In this document: piece after piece, positions 27,350-36,462 of the stretch
Layout of the letters: every line of letters starts with the position of its first letter
Position numbering within the stretch: the stretch's first letter is position 1
Source: a virus
Length of the DNA: 64,000 bases
Virus record (IMG/VR): IMGVR_UViG_3300037502_001322
Span: 1 to 64,000 of that record
Strand: one strand, 5' to 3'
Notes under the pieces: generated by a model
Seen by the model: the letters and a program-made list of their open reading frames with translations, nothing else
What the model was told of the DNA's origin: nothing
Database searches by the model: none
Translations under genes and position numbers: made by a program

Positions 27350-28330
27350 TTAAACACCTATAGCAAACCAATTGATAAAACCACCAGCAACAGTAGTGTC
27401 AAACTCCTTGATAACGGCTATAAAGTTTGTGGTCGAAGGATTTCTGAAGCTGGTAGTAACACCGGGTTGAGTAGTTTCGGCAACAACGCTGACGTGAAAT
27501 ACTACTGTAGTAAAAGATATAGGATATGTAATACTCGTCTCCAAAACACCAGCAATATCAGCGTAGGATACCCTCCCCCATTGAATAAGCAATCCTCCCG
27601 GAAACCTCTGATACCCATTTGGGGTTAAACTGTGATTAGCTCCAGCAAAGAACCCAGTTATATCTAAACTATGAGTATGGCTTGTGCTTGTCACAGAGTT
27701 AGAAGTAGAGTTTGTTATCGTTCCTGGAGTACCTAATGTTAAAGTCCGATTAGTACTCAAATCTCCGCCACCAGTGAGGCCATTTCCGGCAGAAACACTT
27801 CTCCCACTCAAGTCAATTTGATGGTTATGAGTTGAACCTGCATTAGTATTAGTGCTTGATACAGTAATTGTAGAAGGTGTACCTAAAGAAATAGTTCTAT
27901 TAGCACTTAAATCTCCCCCACCCGTAAGACCATTAGTACCAGTAATTGCTCTACCACTCAGATCTATTTGGTGAGTATGTGAAGTGGTGGTAACATTATT
28001 GGTACTTGCAGTAGTTATAGTAGAAGGTGTTCCGAGTGTTAAAGTCACGTCTCCTGCAAGAGAACCGCCTCCAGTAAGACCATTCCCAGCATTAACGTTA
28101 ACATCTCGTGTGGATGAAATGCCTTCAGCAATCTCTTGTTCAAGAAACTCAACCCATTGTCCTACATTATTGAATAACCAATTAAACTCTTCTGCACTTG
28201 GTTCTTGTCCTTTATCAAAACCGATAGTCCGCAAAGTCTCTTTAGGTCTCTGCTTGTTTACATTACCCGTGTTGGGTAGATTAGTGTCTTGAGTTGCCCA
28301 CTCAGGAAAAAACTCCGGTCTTTCTGCCAT
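27350..28330 (-). CDS. tail fibre protein with three ~48-aa repeats and a gp53-like C-terminal domain
   Basis: AEEFNWLFN N-terminus; GNGLTGGG..GTP.TIT..HxH x3; NGYQRFPGGLLIQWG. Confidence 0.85.
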   Translation of the reverse strand: MAERPEFFPEWATQDTNLPNTGNVNKQRPKETLRTIGFDKGQEPSAEEFNWLFNNVGQWVEFLEQEIAEGISSTRDVNVNAGNGLTGGGSLAGDVTLTLGTPSTITTASTNNVTTTSHTHQIDLSGRAITGTNGLTGGGDLSANRTISLGTPSTITVSSTNTNAGSTHNHQIDLSGRSVSAGNGLTGGGDLSTNRTLTLGTPGTITNSTSNSVTSTSHTHSLDITGFFAGANHSLTPNGYQRFPGGLLIQWGRVSYADIAGVLETSITYPISFTTVVFHVSVVAETTQPGVTTSFRNPSTTNFIAVIKEFDTTVAGGFINWFAIGV

Positions 28331-28374
28331 TATCCAGTCCTCTTTATTTAAATCTTATTAGTTTGTATATGATG

Positions 28375-30183
28375 TTAATTAGTTAATACTGTCCAACCAC
28401 GAGAGATAAGAGTATTTTTGTCAGTAGTACCTTGTGCTGAAGGAGCACTATTACCTGTTCCGTCAAGGGTTAACACACATGTCCCATCTGCTGAGGTCCT
28501 GCCACCTTCGACAAAATCAGCAAGCAATTTATCAACAGCACTTTCAGTGAGTAGATTGTTTTGCGCATTAAACTCCCCAAGGGATGGTGCAATCGGCAAC
28601 ACTCCAATCTCGGTATGACTCAAGTACCCAACTATCTTATTATTTGAGACATTCATCGATGTTAAGTTAGTCAGTCTACTTAAATCACAAACATTACCTT
28701 GAATTAGGTTACTGCTTAAATTCACAGTAATTATCCCTGTCATAAATTCAAAGTTAGGGAAATACCCATTCAAACTATTTCCTGAAATATCAAACACAGT
28801 TAGGAGACCGTCCCGATAAGTGTCAAAAGGAATAGTTATAGCAAAAGGTGATGTCAATCCATTAGCGACTAAATCTGTAGTTGTGTTATTTGTAGTAACA
28901 GAATAAGATGCTTCGTTACCACCATAAAAATCAATCTGATAATTACCGTCAACTCTCGTGGTATCAACTCTGTGAAATATTGTAGAATCTGTGGTAGAGC
29001 CTATAAAGATTTGTTTGGGAGTATTAAACATTCTGACGTAAGAATTATACTCCCCAAGTTTAGGTTTACGAGAAAGTACTGCCAACTCTTTTAATTTTAA
29101 GAATGGAGGTGCAACTATTGTTGAGGGCACATCTTGAAGACTTTGAACATTTCCATAGACAGTGTTAACAATAAAAGTCCCGTTTTCAAAAGGAGTTAAT
29201 CCTGACACACTTAACTCATCATCAACCAAATCAAAAGTCATGGATATATCATTTATATCTAATTGTGGTTGCAAACTATTTGTGTTTTGTACAAAGTGGA
29301 AACCGCCTACTTGATCAAACCACTCAACAACAAAAGCATCACTAACACCAACAAAATCTATAATATCTTGACCATCAATCTGATTGTTAATAGAACCTAT
29401 TGTCAATGTAGTGTCGTCAGAACTTCTTCTAATCTTTATGAAACTTCCATCTGAATCTCTCGTTAATTTATCAGATGTACCAAAACCAGATGTTGTTTCT
29501 TTGAATCTGTCAACCACACCAGTATAAGGGAATTCAGTAATATAAGAGTCTGCTGAACTAACTAATGAACCTATTTTGGAGAATTCTTCTGTTAAGTTAG
29601 GCACTTCGTCAAACACACTCCCTAAACCAGTGTCTTCTCGTTGTAATGCGGGAACTATTTCAGAATTAAATAAAAGAGGATTGCCAAATCTATCTATGAT
29701 CCGATAACTGGTAAGAATAGGTAAAGTCTCTATTAATTCATCAACTACCACTTGGGTATCAAAACAAGCCAAGAACAAACTTAAATCTGAACTCTTCTGA
29801 ATACCGCTATACGTGACGATATTATCTAACTCTCCACCAACAATGCGGGAGATAATATTTATTAGTTCAGGTCGTGTGCCAGTGTTTCTTGCTTTGTAAG
29901 AAGTTAATTGAAGAAAAACTCGGTAAGTGTTATCGTCTTGACCTAACCTAGGTATTCCTAATTCTTCGCCTATAATGTCTAATTGTTGCCCTGACGCTAA
30001 ATCTAATAAGAACGCTTCAGCAAGGACAACAGCTTCATCATACAAAGATTGCTTCAATGAAGCTACAGTTTTAATTATAGCTTCAATAACAGGACGTTCT
30101 TCGAATTGTTTTAAATCAAGAAATAAGGATTCCTCTGTAACATCCTTACTCTTTATGAAATTTATATCTCTAGGAGTTGTCAC
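28375..30183 (-). CDS. baseplate wedge protein (DUF2612-like) extended by lectin-like and LRR domains
   Basis: ASGQQLDIIGEELGIPR..DDNTYR N-terminus; LxxLxLSxNxL repeats. Confidence 0.75.
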   Translation of the reverse strand: MTTPRDINFIKSKDVTEESLFLDLKQFEERPVIEAIIKTVASLKQSLYDEAVVLAEAFLLDLASGQQLDIIGEELGIPRLGQDDNTYRVFLQLTSYKARNTGTRPELINIISRIVGGELDNIVTYSGIQKSSDLSLFLACFDTQVVVDELIETLPILTSYRIIDRFGNPLLFNSEIVPALQREDTGLGSVFDEVPNLTEEFSKIGSLVSSADSYITEFPYTGVVDRFKETTSGFGTSDKLTRDSDGSFIKIRRSSDDTTLTIGSINNQIDGQDIIDFVGVSDAFVVEWFDQVGGFHFVQNTNSLQPQLDINDISMTFDLVDDELSVSGLTPFENGTFIVNTVYGNVQSLQDVPSTIVAPPFLKLKELAVLSRKPKLGEYNSYVRMFNTPKQIFIGSTTDSTIFHRVDTTRVDGNYQIDFYGGNEASYSVTTNNTTTDLVANGLTSPFAITIPFDTYRDGLLTVFDISGNSLNGYFPNFEFMTGIITVNLSSNLIQGNVCDLSRLTNLTSMNVSNNKIVGYLSHTEIGVLPIAPSLGEFNAQNNLLTESAVDKLLADFVEGGRTSADGTCVLTLDGTGNSAPSAQGTTDKNTLISRGWTVLTN

Positions 30184-30207
30184 AAGAGTTATCTCCTTTA
30201 TTCAAAA

Positions 30208-31704
30208 TTAAACAACTTGGTTATAAACAATGTTGTCTTCAATCAAAACAGCAATTTGGTCAAACTCCACAGTAATGTCACTAGTGGTATAATCAATTTC
30301 TGCCTGCTCTACATATTTAATCTCTACAGTAAGAGACGCTAATCTGCCGACAACCAAAGAACTGAGGATAGCTGCCTGCAATTGTAAAACAGTAACAGTT
30401 CCACCTATAATATAAGAGTCAGACAAACTCACCAGAGATTCATTTATATTAGAAATTTCTGTTGAATTTAAAGGAAGTGTATCGGATGTAGAATAGGTGA
30501 TTCTAACATTTATCTGTTTAACTGTTGCTGGAGTATATCGTATAATCTCTGTTGAACTATCTTCATATGTAAACGTAGTAGATTGAGTTCCAAAGGTCAG
30601 AGTGTTGATCGGCTTTTTAATAGCAATGGTTTCGAATATTTCAGAAGGAGTTCCGCCATAGACTATAGTGTTGAAACTGTAAGCGTCAACTTCGGGCAAA
30701 TCCACTGATGTTGGATTATCATAAATCCTGACTTTATTAACACCTGAAAGGTCTGATATAGCTTTTATAATTGCAGGTTTAGTTGAAGCCAAAGCCTCTT
30801 CGGCAAGAGAAGCTCCTCTGGTTCTGTACTCAGCATCAGTTTCTACTTCAGATCCCGGATTAAATTCTTTGTAGTTATAAGTAGAAACATATCCAGTGAA
30901 AGGAGGAGTTAACTGAGTAATACCTCCGACCTGAACAGGAAACACACCAGCTTCAGTACAAATAACTTCAAATATAGACCACTTAGTGCCAATGTTAAAA
31001 TCTGCATAAAAGAAAATAGAACTATCAAGACCTGTAGGGGTTGATAAAGACCCTATATTAAATCCAACATAAACAGTATCTGAACCCGAATCTACAAAGA
31101 CTTTAGATGTGTCCGCAGGGTTTATGTTAGCTTGAATGAATGTAACTAAGTCAGCAGAAAAATTAATAGAAGATGTTGTGAAAGCTTGACTAACTAAATC
31201 ACCACTGGTAAAATTACGGATAGTAAAGGTAATAGTGGGTGCAATAGCGACAGCATTACTACGAATTACCCTGTAAGCGAAGATATTATCTCTGAACTGA
31301 GTAACAGAACGAGGGGTATAAGTTTTACCATTATTTGATGTAAATTGTGTAGTCAAAGATAGAGTGTTTAACCAAGGAGCAAATCTATCCGTTTGGACTA
31401 CAACTTCACCTGTTCCTGGTTCAGCATTCCTACGGAAAATACCTCTACGGGAGAGAATATCGTCCAAATACTTACCTTCAGCACCACTCAAGGTTCTTGA
31501 GTTATAAACTGCTTCCATCAACCCCCAAAGCTGGGAATCTTGATATGCAAATATTTTAAATAAAGTCCCTAATCTTGAATTATCTCCAAGATTGGTGAAT
31601 TGCCCATAATTTTCTCTTGCTGTGATATTGTACTCGTTTATAATATCATTAAGAGAGGGTCGGACAAACCCATAAGGCTGTACACCGAAATCCTCTAAAG
31701 CCAA
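30208..31704 (-). CDS. baseplate J-like wedge protein
   Basis: AEGKYLDD, GSEVETDAEYRTR motifs; GGAGG SD + TTG. Confidence 0.9.
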   Translation of the reverse strand: MALEDFGVQPYGFVRPSLNDIINEYNITARENYGQFTNLGDNSRLGTLFKIFAYQDSQLWGLMEAVYNSRTLSGAEGKYLDDILSRRGIFRRNAEPGTGEVVVQTDRFAPWLNTLSLTTQFTSNNGKTYTPRSVTQFRDNIFAYRVIRSNAVAIAPTITFTIRNFTSGDLVSQAFTTSSINFSADLVTFIQANINPADTSKVFVDSGSDTVYVGFNIGSLSTPTGLDSSIFFYADFNIGTKWSIFEVICTEAGVFPVQVGGITQLTPPFTGYVSTYNYKEFNPGSEVETDAEYRTRGASLAEEALASTKPAIIKAISDLSGVNKVRIYDNPTSVDLPEVDAYSFNTIVYGGTPSEIFETIAIKKPINTLTFGTQSTTFTYEDSSTEIIRYTPATVKQINVRITYSTSDTLPLNSTEISNINESLVSLSDSYIIGGTVTVLQLQAAILSSLVVGRLASLTVEIKYVEQAEIDYTTSDITVEFDQIAVLIEDNIVYNQVV

Positions 31705-31750
31705 TATTCCTCCAAAGCTTACAAATTGTTATTAATCAAAAACTTAATAA

Positions 31751-31779
31751 AGTTTAACACAATAGGTGTTTAAAATCAA
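31751..31779 (-). promoter_or_regulatory. structural-region promoter TTGAWW-N17-TAAACT (also 39984, 44260, 52163, 57974)
   Basis: five copies of the motif with identical spacing upstream of late genes. Confidence 0.6.
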
Positions 31780-31800
31780 TTTAACCTATTGTTTATTAAA

Positions 31801-32091
31801 TCATTGTTCGTTTAGAACATCTAACAGGATATCAACTTTAGTATTGTTTCGTTCTTTGCATTCGTGGTATTGAGCAGACCATTCTCTTGCCATTCTAAGC
31901 CAAGCTTCTCCATCTTTATTGTCTACTGAAGGTAATTCTTCTTCACATTTAACGAGCAAGTTCGCTTGTCTTATTTGGTTTGCCTGATCCGTACTGATTG
32001 AGTATTGACAACCCATCATCATCGATACAGACGTTACGATAAACAGGACGCTCAATAACTTCCCTTTCTTTTGTATGAATAATTCTTTCAT
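31801..32091 (-). CDS. o-spanin (Rz1-like lipoprotein)
   Basis: lipobox-like MMG-C, C..LP...W..QYHEC..R; overlaps the i-spanin out of frame. Confidence 0.8.
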   Translation of the reverse strand: MKELFIQKKGKLLSVLFIVTSVSMMMGCQYSISTDQANQIRQANLLVKCEEELPSVDNKDGEAWLRMAREWSAQYHECKERNNTKVDILLDVLNEQ

Positions 32092-32308
32092 TAGCTTTCA
32101 ACTCTTTTAGTTTTTCTTCCAAACGGATAGCAGCATCTAACTGCTTATCTTGTTGCTCTTTGAAAAATTCATCCAACTTCTTTTTAATTTCAAGTTCATT
32201 AGAATCTCTTTTCCAATCATTGATAACATAACCTGAAGTTATTCCAGCAAAGAAAACGCTAAGTGTTAAGATTAACTTTAATTTAAAACTCATAGTTCCT
32301 CTAATCAT
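31949..32308 (-). CDS. i-spanin (Rz-like); start likely 32293
   Basis: N-terminal TM, coiled coil, PVYRNVCIDDDGL. Confidence 0.85.
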   Translation of the reverse strand: MIRGTMSFKLKLILTLSVFFAGITSGYVINDWKRDSNELEIKKKLDEFFKEQQDKQLDAAIRLEEKLKELKANERIIHTKEREVIERPVYRNVCIDDDGLSILNQYGSGKPNKTSELAR

Positions 32309-32540
32309 TCTTTGATTTAGGAGATAATCCCCACTTAAGGTGAGTCAGCTTAGTTATCAAATTGGGAGCAACTACAACCACAGCATACAAATATCCATAC
32401 CATTCAGGCAATGACTCTGTTAGTGTAAAGTTAATGAAAGCGGCAGTCATAATAGAACAACCAATAGTGTGCCAAAACTTCTGATGACTTACTTTCCCAT
32501 CATCACCCACAAACAATGCTCCGAACCATTTCATTATCAC
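32301..32540 (-). CDS. putative holin
   Basis: DGKVSHQKFW + 2 TM, between endolysin and spanins. Confidence 0.7.
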   Translation of the reverse strand: MIMKWFGALFVGDDGKVSHQKFWHTIGCSIMTAAFINFTLTESLPEWYGYLYAVVVVAPNLITKLTHLKWGLSPKSKND

Positions 32541-32546
32541 TCCAGA

Positions 32547-33107
32547 TTAAGCAGTAAGAAATACATCTTCATAATAACAAACAATAGAATCAAAATAAGA
32601 CTTCACTAACATGTCCTGACTTTCTTTTTTCAGCATCCTGTGTAGTTCGGTGTCATTACTAATGAAGAAAGGTTCAGTGATGATGGTGGGCATTTTTGTA
32701 TTCTTAAGTAAATACCCGCCACGAGAATTATCACTTAAAGGTTTAACTCCCCTGTCCCTAAGTTTCAGGTTTCGAGAAACATTGACCTGAAAATATGATG
32801 CTAACTCCAAACCTTTCAATGAAGATTTCCAATATAACATCTCACAACCATGAGCTAATTTATTTTCGGCAGCATTTAAATGAAACTCTACCGCAATATC
32901 ACAAAAAGTTTCATTTACTTTCTGTGGAAGTCTAGAATAAGAATCCCTATAAACAATAACAGACTCAATCTCAGGATATTCAGAACTGATTTTATGAGCT
33001 AGCTTGTTAACCAGTTCTTTATTATAACTAAACTCATTTATGTTGTAAGTGGAGTTATAAGCTCCACCATCTTTCTCTGAATGTCCTACAATAAGAGAAA
33101 CTTTCAT
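32547..33107 (-). CDS. endolysin, N-acetylmuramoyl-L-alanine amidase (Amidase_3)
   Basis: GH, E, FHLNA, RDRGVK, EPFFISN. Confidence 0.92.
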   Translation of the reverse strand: MKVSLIVGHSEKDGGAYNSTYNINEFSYNKELVNKLAHKISSEYPEIESVIVYRDSYSRLPQKVNETFCDIAVEFHLNAAENKLAHGCEMLYWKSSLKGLELASYFQVNVSRNLKLRDRGVKPLSDNSRGGYLLKNTKMPTIITEPFFISNDTELHRMLKKESQDMLVKSYFDSIVCYYEDVFLTA

Positions 33108-33137
33108 ATTTAAGATACCTCTAAAATTTATTAATAT

Positions 33138-33662
33138 TTAACTCCAAGTGGATTGCCATGTAAATTCTTGAAGCGCCAATTCAAAGTTAATGTGTTCATA
33201 CAAATCATTAGTAGCAGTAAAGTCAATAGCATCGGAACAATTCTCAACAGAAGAACTATCAGATGGTGTTGGATAATTAAATTCTTGATAAGGGTCAAGA
33301 TTAAAATCAATCCTCAAATCACCTTCAGGAGTAGACACTACAAAATCCAAATGGTAGAATCTTGTCAGGCCATCAAAAATAGAATTGAATGACCTTAATG
33401 TTTGGTCAGCAGCTAATTCTCTATTTATGATAGATAGCAATATAGCGTCAACTTCTGTTTTAGATTTAGCAATCCCTATGATTGCCTGTTTGTATGGAAC
33501 ACCAAAGGAAGTGTTAATGAACCACTCCTCCCTGAAAGTTCTAAGAACAATTCCTAATCGTTGTCTTAGACCTTCTTGTCTTGTCTGAGTGAAAACTAAA
33601 TCACCTGTTTCGTCAAGAACAAGGTCATTAGTTTCTTGATCTAATAGAAAATCAAATAACAT
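33138..33662 (-). CDS. baseplate wedge / sheath initiator (gp25-like)
   Basis: RQRLGIVLRTFREEWFINTSFGVPY. Confidence 0.8.
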   Translation of the reverse strand: MLFDFLLDQETNDLVLDETGDLVFTQTRQEGLRQRLGIVLRTFREEWFINTSFGVPYKQAIIGIAKSKTEVDAILLSIINRELAADQTLRSFNSIFDGLTRFYHLDFVVSTPEGDLRIDFNLDPYQEFNYPTPSDSSSVENCSDAIDFTATNDLYEHINFELALQEFTWQSTWS

Positions 33663-33677
33663 TATACATCCTATTTA

Positions 33678-34499
33678 TTAAACCGGAGGTCCACTATTAT
33701 CTCCGCCAGCTTGAACTCCACTATGAACATGAGTATTAAGATTAACTCCAGCGGCAGTAATGATATTGCCATCAGATGTTATTGTTAAGCCGTTCATAGT
33801 TATGGTACCATCTGTTGCTGTGGTGATACTCGCACCAGCCCCTACAAGACTCATAGAGCCGTCTGGTGATAACGTTATACTACCGTTAGCATTACTTATT
33901 GAAACGCTTCCAGATTCGTCTACGACCGTCTGAGCGTTAGTGTTTACTTGAGTTATCGTCCCATCTTCAGCAAGAGTGACTGTACCTTGTCCATTAGTGA
34001 TATTTACGCTATTAGGTGTGATATTAATCTTAACCAGATCGTTTTCAATCACTATATCTGTAGGACTAAAAGCTTTTGCTCTTGGTAAGGTAGATGTAGT
34101 AGACCAGCCAATGGGATACATACCTAAGACTTTGCTAAAGTCACTAACCGTGGGAGAACTTCCGTCACTCTCTAATGCAGACGCAGGGTCTCTTTCACTA
34201 AAGTGAATGACGACTGTCGCACCAACCTTAATTGGCATTGTTACAAAAGCATCAAATCCGTCATTAAGGAATAGCGGTGGTATGTCTCCAATAGAAGGGT
34301 ATTCGATAAATTTGCTGAGACTGTAACGAGCCTTAAGAAGGGGTTTTGCTTGAATGTACCCTGTATCATAATTCACTGCCTCAACAACAGCAGGAATAGC
34401 TACATGAATATCTTCTAACCTCTTTTCCAATAGAGACTCAATAGCTGTGCTAAATCTATTAGTTGGGTTAGCCACTTGCACCTCCATTATTAACAGCAA
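33678..34499 (-). CDS. baseplate central spike (Gp138-like)
   Basis: HVAIPAVV, FSERD, beta-helix repeats, terminal HVHSGV. Confidence 0.88.
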   Translation of the reverse strand: MLLIMEVQVANPTNRFSTAIESLLEKRLEDIHVAIPAVVEAVNYDTGYIQAKPLLKARYSLSKFIEYPSIGDIPPLFLNDGFDAFVTMPIKVGATVVIHFSERDPASALESDGSSPTVSDFSKVLGMYPIGWSTTSTLPRAKAFSPTDIVIENDLVKINITPNSVNITNGQGTVTLAEDGTITQVNTNAQTVVDESGSVSISNANGSITLSPDGSMSLVGAGASITTATDGTITMNGLTITSDGNIITAAGVNLNTHVHSGVQAGGDNSGPPV

Positions 34500-35346
34500 C
34501 AGAACCCGGAGTTTCTATAGCCTCTACATTACTCTCCCAGTTTGAACCTTCGTATTCTCCTTTGTGTGTAACTTTAGTCACTTTATAAGCACCATCATAC
34601 TTACGACTTTTTACATACACAGTAGAGCCCGGTTTTATTGCACCATCCAACAAACACCTAAACCTAATCCCTTTAACTGGGGCATCATCTGTCTGTGCTT
34701 TCCCTTCAGATTGGGATAGTGGTTCAGGAGATCCTAACAAACCTGATGTCTCTGAAATATAAGCAACTCTTTGTCGAAGCAATCCGTTATATTTGATAAT
34801 ATAGACCTGACCATCTTGAATAGAATAATCAGCTTCCAATTCCTTGGACAGTTCTTTGAGAATGGAACTGGATTTACCCATCCAAGAGTAAGATTTTCTG
34901 GTCATCTTAGAATCATCTATTGTTTCCATATTGCCTACAGATAATCCCATATCTTTAGTCAAATCTCTAAGTACGGTTTTAACTGGTGTGCCTGAAGGAT
35001 AGTAACGAGAACTTAAAGCTTCTCGAATATTAACAGAAGCATCCCCTAATATTAGTTTAGTTTGCCTTGTTTCTTTATCAAACACATCTTCAATTCGTTC
35101 TACATTTCCTTTGAAGATAGTTTTCAACTGCCCACCGTAATCTTCAGAATAACCGGCCTCCAATATAACAGCAACAGAGTTACCGGAATTTGCTTCTAAG
35201 TAGTCTACAATATCATCTGATGTGTTTGTGATGGTTATAAACCCTTTGTTGGCTTTGTCAGAATCATCTTTATTTATCTCAAAAGATATATTACTCTCAG
35301 TTATTAAAAAACCAGTTCTACTATTGTTTCTGGCTTCTTGGTTCAC
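34468..35346 (-). CDS. baseplate hub protein (frame open upstream to ~35454)
   Basis: LEAGY, IFKG, YSIQDG, SETSGLLGSP, YKVTKVTHKG. Confidence 0.85.
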   Translation of the reverse strand: MNQEARNNSRTGFLITESNISFEINKDDSDKANKGFITITNTSDDIVDYLEANSGNSVAVILEAGYSEDYGGQLKTIFKGNVERIEDVFDKETRQTKLILGDASVNIREALSSRYYPSGTPVKTVLRDLTKDMGLSVGNMETIDDSKMTRKSYSWMGKSSSILKELSKELEADYSIQDGQVYIIKYNGLLRQRVAYISETSGLLGSPEPLSQSEGKAQTDDAPVKGIRFRCLLDGAIKPGSTVYVKSRKYDGAYKVTKVTHKGEYEGSNWESNVEAIETPGSVAVNNGGASG

Positions 35347-35441
35347 AAAGTTTTCAGCATCAGTATTTTCTGTGAAACTTTCAGTAGTATTTAATTTATT
35401 TCCTACTTTAATAGGTAGTCCAAAAAGAAGCCTATATTTTC

Positions 35442-35801
35442 TTATGAAAGAGATACTGCCCCCTTTTCTTCATCAGTTGCGTCTGTTGTAAGATAAACCA
35501 ACCTAAATCTTTTATTTTGACCAAAATTATCTTTATCTATTCTTCCATAGTTCTTAACCATATCCCTAACATACAAAAAACCTTTAGGAACATTCTCCAT
35601 ATAATTAAATGGAAGAAGCAGATTTTGCCCAACAGACAACATGAAACTAACAACAGGGTCTTCTCCTGTTACTCCAATATAACACATCCATGTCTCAGAA
35701 TATGTATTCCATCTTATTCTGAAGTCATAGACTTGTCCTTCTAACTCAACTCGGTAAGTTGAATCAACACTCTTACCACAAGGGATAGAAAACATTGCCA
35801 T
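35442..35801 (-). CDS. baseplate/virion protein
   Basis: YRVELEGQVYDFRIRWN family pattern; position in tail module. Confidence 0.75.
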   Translation of the reverse strand: MAMFSIPCGKSVDSTYRVELEGQVYDFRIRWNTYSETWMCYIGVTGEDPVVSFMLSVGQNLLLPFNYMENVPKGFLYVRDMVKNYGRIDKDNFGQNKRFRLVYLTTDATDEEKGAVSLS

Positions 35802-36451
35802 TAAAATCCCCCTATTCTCTCAGCTTGTTGTGCTCTTGTGCGCTCAACATGAGACTGTTTCTGAGAAGCGCCATCTGATTTATTTTCAGTTCCGTCTATG
35901 TTAGCATTAGAGGATTGTGTAGAAGACCCATTAGCTGTTTGAGAAACAGGTTGAGATGTTCCTTCTAACGTAACAGATTGTGCAGTTACAAATCGAACTC
36001 TCTCTATTCCTATCCTAAACACTAATTGGTCTGCTTCTTGTGCATTAACGTTATAATCTAAAGATGTCACTACACAATCATCGAATATCTCAAATTCAGT
36101 TATAAGAGTGAAAATAACTTTTGATTCTTTTAATGTTCTTAAATAATCTACAGCTTTCTGTGTACGTTTAACATCTAAATTATATTCAACAATATTACCT
36201 TGATATGGTTGGATAGGGGTGTTAGTCACAACCCCTATAACTTCGAACTTATCGTTATTACTATAAATATGATCAGCGATATCTTGTTTTGATTCCACAG
36301 GATGCAGTGTTAAATTATTAGTCAGATTGACATTAACGTTTGTGACTGCATCAAATATCAGCGTGGAAAAATCAGCGGCTGAAGCACCGCTGACATATGG
36401 TAATTGTTTACCAAAAGATGTACCACCGGCCACTATAACATTAGTTGCCAC
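35801..36451 (-). CDS. tail tube initiator / Dit-like protein
   Basis: FDAV...TLHPVESKQDIADH motif, directly after the tape measure gene. Confidence 0.8.
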   Translation of the reverse strand: MATNVIVAGGTSFGKQLPYVSGASAADFSTLIFDAVTNVNVNLTNNLTLHPVESKQDIADHIYSNNDKFEVIGVVTNTPIQPYQGNIVEYNLDVKRTQKAVDYLRTLKESKVIFTLITEFEIFDDCVVTSLDYNVNAQEADQLVFRIGIERVRFVTAQSVTLEGTSQPVSQTANGSSTQSSNANIDGTENKSDGASQKQSHVERTRAQQAERIGGF

Positions 36452-36462
36452 TAAGCCTCCTT

